A stretch of DNA of 20,000 nucleotides from Patellaria atrata CBS 101060. Its lineage: Eukaryota. Below the pieces are notes generated by a model. That model was not told the DNA's origin and ran no database searches. It saw only the letters and a program-made list of their open reading frames with translations. The DNA lies in the NCBI GenBank assembly GCA_010093705.1, contig MU006089.1:3565017-3585016 (forward strand), in the 5' to 3' direction. The number at the start of each line of letters is the position of its first letter. Position 1 is the first letter of the stretch. Shown in pieces: positions 1 to 9,181 of this stretch. Position numbers and translations under genes: made by a program.

Positions 1-453
1 TGATTCAACAGGAGTGCGACACATTTTTTTTTTAAAGGAGTTCAATTCAGAATAACTGGCCTCATAATATGACATTCGAAGAGTATGGTACTCTAGATAG
101 CCCTACAACATGCGGCTATTAGAGAAATTACCGTAGATGGAAGCAATACAAGACTTCGATCAACATGCAGTCTTGAGTCACTTTGTTCTTACCATCAGTC
201 CCGTATACGACCTTTTCTAAAAGGCGTCTCTAAGGAATAATAATTCTATCGCAGTTGTTACAAACCAATGTTAAGGTGGTATCACTAGTTAGAAAAGACT
301 GACGTGATTGGTTAGTAGCAAATCGCTTGATCTCCCAAGAAAACGAAAGTGTCCAACGACACTTCTCTACTGTATCTCACCTTGACCATCAATCCTTCAT
401 TTGTTGAACCCAAGAAAAACAGTTACACGATAGTTGTTGCGAACTAAAACACC

Positions 454-1752
454 ATGGCCGGATTTCCCCCGGCTTCTACCACCCTTACCATTCCTAGAGA
501 GATTGTTTTTGCTGAACCTAGTGACCTCACCCTAATAATCGGATCAGGCGAAAGATGCCAGGTCAGGGCTCGTATCAACTCCAATTGCTTCAAGCTCGCA
601 AGCCCGGTCTGGAAAGCAATGCTCGGTCATTCTTGGAAGGAGTCCACCTCGTCTGAAATTCCTTTCCCAGAAGATGATCCGGATACTTTCGTCATTCTGC
701 TTCATCTAGCACATCTCAATATAAATTGTCTTCCGGCAACGTTGGACTTTCAACATCTTCTCCAGCTGAGTGTTATATGTGATAAATACGATACTGTGCA
801 TCTAGTGCGGCCGTATGAATCAAAATGGGTTGATCCGTCCAAGAAGAACCTGAAAGCCCCGGGCTATGAAGGATGGATGTTTATCGCATGGGTTTTTGGG
901 TATCAGGACAGTTTTAAATCGTTAGCTCAACATTTGATACAGAACATCTTTGTCGACAGTAACGGAGGTTTAAGAGTTTCCGGGAAAGGAATATACAAAT
1001 CCAGCCATGACAACCTGGAAGTTGGGCTTATTTCAACACCTCTAGAAGCTAGTCACATCCCATCTGATATTTTCGGTAAGCTCATGTGTATCTCAATTAC
1101 TCAGCACTACAGTTACACAAGGTAAAAGTCCCTGAACAGGTCAAGCGGGATGAGATTCTGGGGAACTATTCCCACCCTGTTTCTCGACGATATTGCAAAC
1201 CGTTCGATACGCTTTAGTATCTAATCTTATTCTCAGATAATATACTTCGGATACGCCTCCAAAAATTAAACGAAATCAAGGCTCTCTATAGAGATACAAT
1301 AATTTCTTGGACATTAGAATCCCAATGTCAACAATTTATCCATTCCCGTAAGGGTTTCGGTCAGGGTTTCGGCCAGGGTTACGGCCAGGGTTTCGGCAAC
1401 TTCGGTCAGGGCTTCGGCCAGAGCTTCGGCAAGGAGTATAATAGCTGTGCTGCCGCCATAGTAGGGTGCCTCATACGTGTGCTTCATGAAGCCAAACTCT
1501 GGCCCGAGCAAGATGGATCTTTAGAAACCAATAAAGCCGTGGAAAATTTTAGTGACTGGCCTACTTGACAAGTGTAAAGGGAAGGGTTCGCTTTATGTGC
1601 ACGACGGCTGCGCAACGACGGCTTTGAACACGTTTCAGGAATCGGTAAAAAAGATCAGAGATCGCGTGGATGATCCAGTAGATGAGCATCATCGGAACCA
1701 CCTTCGCGAACAAGGGAAGAAAGGTCAAATGAATGGGGTCATTGGTGTATAA
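454..1752 (+). CDS. Fungal BTB/POZ-domain protein, 2 exons (454-1075, 1237-1568 as written; extends to 1752 if a 1-nt frameshift near 1543-1550 is corrected); possibly truncated or pseudogenised
   Basis: ATG in good context (accATGG). The N-terminus has the fungal BTB signature (SDLTLII...FKLASPVWKAML...FPEDDPDTFVILLHLAH...LSVICDKYD...WMFIAWVFG). Intron 1076-1236 (GTAAGC, CTAAT at 1221, CAG; phase 1) joins to an open frame DNILRIRLQKLNEIK...CAAAIVGCLIRVLHEAKLWP. That frame stops at TGA 1566-1568 (317 aa), while the +1 frame runs on to TAA 1750-1752 (378 aa if corrected). Confidence 0.8.
1353..1430 (+). repeat. Coding tandem repeat, 12-bp unit GGTTTCGGCCAG (~6.5 copies), encoding GFGQGFGQGYGQGFGNFGQGFGQSFG
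   Basis: Read directly: ggtttcggtcag ggtttcggccag ggttacggccag ggtttcggcaac ttcggtcag ggcttcggccag agcttcggc. It is 78 nt long and in frame with BTB exon 2. Confidence 0.95.
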
Positions 1753-2426
1753 AAAGAGGTGTACGGTATTCGTCGGCAATGACTTGCATAATCACCACAC
1801 AAACTGTCCAAGGAACCTTCACGTCCATAGTCTTCTCCTACACGAACTTTGGTCCTAGTGCTTAGTTAAGGTTCTTTTCGTTTCCGTGCCACAAATTGCA
1901 TCCTCAACCTTCGTACACTCTCGATGAAAACTAACTGAGCACTGTCAAGTCCGAAGTATAAGAATCGAGCAATTCCGTCTCCTATAACCCTAGTGGTTTA
2001 GTTAATTCAACAGCTCTTACATGAAATATCTCCAATAGCATGGACTCAGATATACTATTAAAGCGAGCATGTACCAAACGGGCTCATACGGCTGGATTAC
2101 ATGTACAGCTATGGCTTCCTGGTACATTTCCCCCTTACTGTACGTCAAAGAGTCGGACATTATTTGTATCGAAAGCAGGTGAGGATACCGGGTCAGGGCA
2201 ATCAAAGAGCACTCGTCAATATAGACTCAACCAGACATGGTAGATCCACACAGTAAAAGCAAAGTTTTAACTGTGACTGGGACTTAAACCCCATCCATTC
2301 TCGCCCATACATGCGGATATTGGCTGGTACAATAAAATACAGGAAATCGACTTGACGCAGATCTTCGCGCAACCTTGTTTACACCATCCGACAATACTAA
2401 CGTCCACAACGCCTCCGAAATCATGT

Positions 2427-3686
2427 TCATACTATGTTATCTGCTCTCGTTATCATGGCAGGCGGAATTTGCTTACGACCAATGCTATTGCGGCCATTAT
2501 GACTCTGTCCCATCGATCCCACCATCTGGCCTAATGGCATGACACTTGCGTCGAAAGGTGCTCCGCCATGCCCGGCTGTGCTGTCTGCATTGCCCCATTC
2601 CGCCTTTCGCGTGAATATCGCGTTACGGAAGCCGTCGTAACCGGAAGCACCTGAGCCATACGTGAAGGGGTAGGAACGCGTCAGTGGGATATGGTTGAAG
2701 CGAAAGTCCCAAACTGATGCGTACACCATGCGATAGCTAGATATCGCAAAGACACTCCCTATTATGGCTCCAGCAACGACGTCGTACCAGTTATGGAATT
2801 CGTCAATCGTAAGAGCACCAGCAACAAGCACAGCACCCAGGACCGGCGCATAGGTTGCGATGAGCTTCCAGAAAGCGGGATGATAGTTCGACCAAACCTT
2901 CAACTTGGCGTTCAGGTAGAAATATAGGAACATGAAACCCGCAAACGCGGCTGTGGAGTGTCCCGAAGGGAAGGATTCTAAAGAGTCATTGATCTCTTCC
3001 CTGTCACCTGTGCAAATGGAACGGTCGTACATGATCTCTCTATAGCCGTTTCCGGTATTCGTAGCCCCAACAGTCGGAATTGCGGGCTTGCATACGGCGA
3101 GAAAATGGGGACGAAGACCCCCAATAAGCCATTTGACTATAACCTGGAAGACAGCTGCACCGATAGTTGAGTACAAGAGTCCAATAACTGCATTGTTAAC
3201 GTCCCAGAAGGAGCGAATGCGGATTTGCATAAAGAAGAAGATGACGATCGGGACGAAGACTGCTAACATCGCTGCTGCCCATATGGGGATGATCTCGTTG
3301 CGAAGAGGATAAGCAAATTCTGGATATATCACTTCTCCGTCCTGGAATGATACGGGGAATGATCTACTGGGTGCTGGATCTGCTTGGTAAACCTAGCGTA
3401 CGGGATTTAGTACCAGATCCAAAGGAACTTATATAGAGCGAAGTTTTTCTCTTACGCCTAAGCCAATAACTCCCACTATGATCATGGTTACAATATCAAG
3501 CCATGTACCCTTCAGCCATTGTCCAAACCTTGGCCGTCTAAAATGTCCATCATAAACTGCAGGATCATTGAAGTAGCCAACACTTCGCTCATGTCTACTC
3601 ATGATAGAACGGCGGCCGGGTATATCACGCGTTCCTGATGTTGTTGGAGTAGGCTCCACAGGGTCTCTGCGTCTGAAGAAAGGCAT
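2427..3686 (-). CDS. PAP2-superfamily integral-membrane lipid phosphate phosphatase (DPP1/LPP1-like), 2 exons (3686-3456, 3392-2427), 398 aa
   Basis: Motif C1 KWLIGGLRP, motif C2 SFPSGHS and variant motif C3 ALTIDEFHNWYD, with about six hydrophobic segments. A 63-nt phase-0 intron at 3455-3393 (GTAAGA...TACTAAA...TAG) joins IGLG to VYQADPAPSRSFPV and merges the ORF-track pieces 3429-3686 and 2427-3332. Confidence 0.93.
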
Positions 3687-6600
3687 TTGGGGTGAATTTT
3701 TCTTGAGATATCCGAATGTTCGATGAGTCAGTTCGTTTTCGAGTAAAGTGCAGGCGACGCGACTTCGCTACAGCTATTTGATGTGAGGGTAAAGGGTTGA
3801 GTTGACGAAATCAAGGGCGACTACGATGATGTGTTTTGCGTGACGTGGGACACGTTTTCAAAACGTGTGTTATCGTCAGCGTCCACGAGATAGAATCGAG
3901 AGGGAGGCACGATTCATATCAAGAAAGACGACGTCATTTGGTACAGTACCTGTTGGAACTTCTGTCGTCACCTTCCTCCGAGTCGCGTTACCGGTTACAA
4001 TTAATAGAAATGATGCAAAATTTGGCACGCGGCGCTGAACCCGTGATCTTCTTAACACATTTATTGGACCTGTAACCTGTTTGATTTTCCTTGAAGTAGT
4101 TCTCTAGCTGTATGGGGAAATTTAGAACTAAGAAGTTGGCAGTGAAGCTTATTCAACCTTGGCTCTAATGCTTGATAGTACAAAGGATTACGTAAGGTGA
4201 TCTACATTACTCAAGGAATTCCACACTACCTTACTATCTACTCCCGTCGACCTCACCTCTTATGCAACACCGTCCCATTGTTTACTGAACCCTTTCAAAG
4301 AACAATCCATCACACACGGAGGAAACGAGACGAGCTTGCAGTCACGTAGAACCAACTACTTTGGGTTTGGAGATTGCCATGAATGATGAGGTTGACGATA
4401 CCTTGACAATAATTTGCCCAATGAGAGCTAAACTTTATCAATGCTGTAGAGTCCCGATATACGTCGCCATCTTTTAGCCTTTATGCCGAGTTCAAGCACC
4501 GCGAGCAGCATTTTCGGCATGATAATAGGGACTGTTCTCTAGCAACAGTGAGTGACAGCTTGGGAGTCGAGATATGGGTCCATCAGGGGACATTGGACCT
4601 GGAAACATGATCAAGTGTTTAACAAACGAGGAAAGCAATTGGGGCACTTTAAATATCTTCACTTGAAAAGAAGGGAGATGGATGATCAACTCAGGGCATG
4701 GTTACATCGAAGTCTTACGCTTGATAAGACCTTGAACGAGGGTATAGAAGAATATCTGATATAGGGGCCCAAATTTTTCCTTTCCGGGGTTCTGACAAGA
4801 TATTTGTTGCAAATTCTGGCCAATTATTTGCGGTCAAGATGATACAAATGCGCAACTTAAAGCACAACCGTATACCCGAGCAATAGGAAGTACGACGATA
4901 TCGAAGCAATGTGACGCTCATTTCCTCAAGAATGCGAGTCTTAAAACATGAGACGAGGCGTTATTTCCTATTCATAATGTGCGGCAGCAGATCCATTGGC
5001 CCGTCCCTTTCGCAGTCACACATGCGGCATATATCAGGGTTCTTCCAACCACGTGCCGTGAAATCTATGATACCTTGGACTCTGGCAGCCAACGGAGCTT
5101 CAGTCTAGAACATGCCCTATCCGCTTGGATAGTTCTACTCTTCTTGTCTTATGTCTTCCCATATGGCTTCTTTGAAGGTCTGAGCTTATTGTATAGTATA
5201 ACACAAAGCTACCAGGCTTCCTCTTGTCATGCTGTTCTTGCTTTACTCTACCTCTTTTACCCACAGCGGTTCCAGCCTCGCTCTAGCAAAGTCTAAAGGC
5301 GAAAGATAGATACATCTGCTGATGTATCATTATGGGTACAGGAACGATACAGCATCCGTGGAGTCTGGACTATGACGTAGGAGAGGCTCGGATTCTATGG
5401 TGTCTGAACACTCAATACTCCAAATTCGTGAGTACCGTGAAGTATAAATATCTCAAAGTGTAAAACTCACGTACAATTACTTGGCCGTTTAATTATGATG
5501 GCAAGGGACACTGTCTCAAAGAAGTTTAACTATCTCACACTCTCTTCAAACCCTAATTTTCTCATTTACAGTACTCACTAAGATATAACCATCAAGAGCT
5601 ACGAGGATCAGACTGAAAGATACGCATCGGGGTTTACTAAATGGATGGTACTTCTGTCTGGTACTGGATGTAACTAAGAGATGTAAGAGCTAGTTGGGTA
5701 TTTTGGAATTATGAGCAATTGATCATAGGCGCATGGCATAAAGGTTATCTTAAGTGATTAGATGGTAACTTACTAATTTCAAATAGGAATCGAAAGCTTT
5801 CTTGAGTACGTGTACTTAGAAATGAGTATCAGGCGGCGACAATCATGCGAAAAGAGTAGATGATGAGGAGTTGCTGACAACCTACATTGCGCATTTTTTC
5901 CACATGTCTAATGATGGAGTCTCACTGAGCGACCGTATATGTACTGTACCATAAGTGGCTCAAATCTCTGGCGCCCGACAACGGTTGAGCCGGGTCAGCT
6001 CGGTTGTACGGAGTATCTGCTTTCCAAACTCCTGGAACAAATGTAGCTAGAGCTGTGGATGTAACAGACACATATGTATTGTTCCTTAGGTATCGACGTG
6101 TTCACATAAACTTCCATTGGTACCCCATCTAGTGTTACTCCCGGTCGACTTAATTCTGAGATATAGTTCAATCTGCTGGTCAGTGTACTCTTCAGTTTCT
6201 CTCCTTGCTCGTCTCCAATTCAAATCAAAGTAGGCCCCATCGCCAAATGTAATGGACTTTCGAAATATCAACTCAACTCTAAAGCTAGTGAAAGGGATGA
6301 CCATGGACTGAGAGGAAATACTTTGACTAAGAATTACTCAAAGCTCCACATTCTGCAAGCTGGGAGTAATTGCACAGGCCCCTCATGAAACTGCCGCAAA
6401 TCGCTGAATGCAAGAATCCGGGGATTTTCTACAGCAAATGAATGAATTCACGTACCGCCTCATCCATGTTATTCCATTACCGTGGGCAAGCCGAAGGACC
6501 GTCAATCGAGGGTCGTGTCCAGCGGCTTCGCACGCGGCTTTATTTTGTGAACGTCTACAGTCCTTGATCAACCCACTGTCTAGGTTCGACGTGTTAACAT

Positions 6601-8923
6601 CGCGTACATGTACCACAACACGTACTGTGATACCATTAACTGGTAAAGCAAAGGTCCTTGTTCACCTTTACCGCCATTTTAAGCTTCGTTCGACCGTTTC
6701 ACAGCTGCGAACTGGAGTGAGGACGACTATCGGCCATGATCGGTCCAAAGGTCATTTTCTTCAAGGTGAAATTTACCTAATTAGTTGATGCAAGCATTGA
6801 AGCTACCTACGTGTATACAAGGGAAGAGGGTCTCCACTCACTCGGGATGAACCGAGCAACTAGACCGGTCAAACGCCCGACAAATCTGGGTAACAAGGAA
6901 ATAGTAAGACGACTTTCGGGAGAGAGAAGGCAAACTGGCGATAGTGAGAGTTTATAAAGCGAGCATATTATAATCCTTACTCGATTTAAATTTGACCTTG
7001 TGCCTGATCCCACTTTTTGTCCAGAACATGGAGTAGTTTTAGTCGTATGCAGTATGCTTGCGGCTATTGGGCTAACTTATCAGACGCCACTCTGCTCAAC
7101 CACTGTATCTATAACCATAATGATGGTGAATTTCATCTTTCGGGGAATTGGAAAGTCAGTCACCGTTACAAGTATCGTTGTGTGGCGTCGATACCGCTGA
7201 GTGATGTTACACCGAGGGAGCAGGGAAACTTGTTGAGCAAAATACCCGAGGGAACATAAGCTAAATGATAGGATGGGTGATACAAGAATAGAGGGAAAAG
7301 GGATTGGGATCTTAGGTAACAGGTAGACGAATAGATATTGTAGCGCTTGTATATGCGTTAATTCTAAGGAATCACGATGACCGTTGCCGTAGTCATTGAT
7401 CGATGATCGATCTGGAAAGGCAGCCGAAAATCTCATTTAAAGATTGCCTCACCTCTCCTATACCCCTATTGGATAGGGGGAAGGCCGCAGTTCCTAAAGG
7501 ATTTGCATCTGGTTGGGATTTTTTAAGGGTACGGTATATCTGGAGCAGAGGAGAGTTCGTATTCCTTGCACAAGCTTAAAATATACAGAACCCCACCTCA
7601 AGATGGAAAACGTAGCGGGAAAAATGGATTCGAAGGTGCCTGGCCCAGGTACCTCGGTCGCTCTTGTAATCGACCTGCTTGATTAGCGTTACGCACATGC
7701 TGAGATGATTACTGTATGGTAGACTGTAGAAGAAAACTTACCCGCACGACTCAGACGTGGAATGCAGAGTTGAAACGTACTGGAATTGGTTGCTCGGACA
7801 GAACGATTGGCATGTATGCACCTCAACAACTCCTTTTTTGATTCAGTTTGGAACCGATCAGCAACCCACACCTGAATATGCATGCCGTGCCGCGTTACCT
7901 GGCAACTTCGTCATCATCAAGTAGGTATTGTACTGTACTAGAGGATTATTGATGGCTCGGAAACATTGAAAAACATCGTGTTTTGCCCAGCATTTAGCAC
8001 TGGTAGAGGGTTGCTTTAAATCATCTCCCTACATACAAAAATTAGTCGAGAGTAATTCTAACCATTGATGAAAAGGATGAGATTTGAGAGAAGTGATGCC
8101 ATTATTCTGATTATAAAAGAACAGAAAATGTCTATAAAAGTCACAGTTACTGTTCTCCTGTAAGGTTAAACCTGGATAGGAAGATGTAGATTACTTAAGT
8201 GGAACTAGTATTCAAAGTCTAACTCGATCTGAAATGATGCAAGAGAAGATGGCGGCATGAATGCATGATTAGAACTCTAGTTCAGTACTAGCTAAGTCCT
8301 GGACCAATCAACGTGATCTGTCTGACCCCTACTTTTCGAAAGAGAGCTCTTGGCTCAGTTCTCTACGAAAGCCTTCCTTTTCACATCCCATCCATCCCTT
8401 CACAATCCGATTAAAAACTGTCGTCTATTCTCTCCATCGCGGAGCCTTCATCTATTCTTCGACCGTCGTTTTGTGTCTGTTTTTCATTTTCCAATACTCT
8501 TCCGCTGGAATTCTTCGCTTGCCACCCGTAATCGCGTGCCTAGGCCGAGGCTTTTTGTTGTCGTGACCTTCCACCTGCTCTCCAGGTCTCCTCTTCTCAC
8601 CACCACTGATCAAACGGGGAGCGACTGTAAAAGGTCGTCCATTCACCTATCCTCCTTCTTCGATGTGGCCCTGAGTAACCTGCATTGCGTCCCTGAGTGG
8701 GCAGTCTGTTTTGCAAGGCCTATCTACAACATCCAAGAGGCTCCGAAATCACCAACATACGCGCTTCAATCCGTCGGGCTCTCACCAGCTGCTCCCTCCT
8801 ATTTGTACCACGATTCTTTTTCGACCTCCAATTTTTTCGTTTAATAACGTTCTTTGTATAAACTTATTGCCCTCCCCTTGGGGCTCGTATTTGGATGTCG
8901 ATCGCTGTCCTAAAGCGATAGGG

Positions 8924-9085
8924 GTACGTAGTCAATTCCAGGCTCGAATTACACATAGTCTAATTCACCGCTTGCAACATCTTGCTTGAAAACTTTCTTT
9001 TTTATTTAAAAAAAAAAGAACCATTAAATCTAACCACGACCGACCTTATTCCTACCTATTTTGCTAACTTCTGCGTTTTTCTTAG
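8924..9085 (+). other. Probable 5'UTR intron of the BNI4-like gene (162 nt)
   Basis: Donor GTACGT at 8924, branch site GCTAAC at 9063-9068, pyrimidine tract and TAG acceptor ending at 9085. There is no ATG between 9086 and the start codon at 9182. The acceptor is better supported than the donor. Confidence 0.65.
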
Positions 9086-9181
9086 TCCATCATTTAATAT
9101 CCGTTCTCAACAAGAGCTTAGCGATCTCAAAGCGGGTGAATCTCGCGACTCGTCAACACTGTATCGTGGATAGGAGTTCCG

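Noticed and set aside
1348..1444. Possible intron (GTAAGG...TAG) that would remove the GFGQ repeat
   Set aside because: No branch site, and its 97-nt length shifts the frame into a TAG within a few codons.
1314..1511. Minus-strand ORF with ALAE/TLAE/TLTE repeats
   Set aside because: Antisense reading of the 12-bp repeat in BTB exon 2, with a non-ATG start.
1544..1550. A-AAT-TTT matches the canonical -1 ribosomal slippery heptamer in the BTB reading frame
   Set aside because: A -1 slip meets TAG immediately. The extended C-terminus lies in the +1 frame, so -1 frameshifting cannot explain it.
8350..8844. 164-aa ORF upstream of the BNI4-like gene
   Set aside because: It starts at TTG with no in-frame ATG. 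Its Phe/Leu/Ser/Pro bias reflects a pyrimidine-rich leader.
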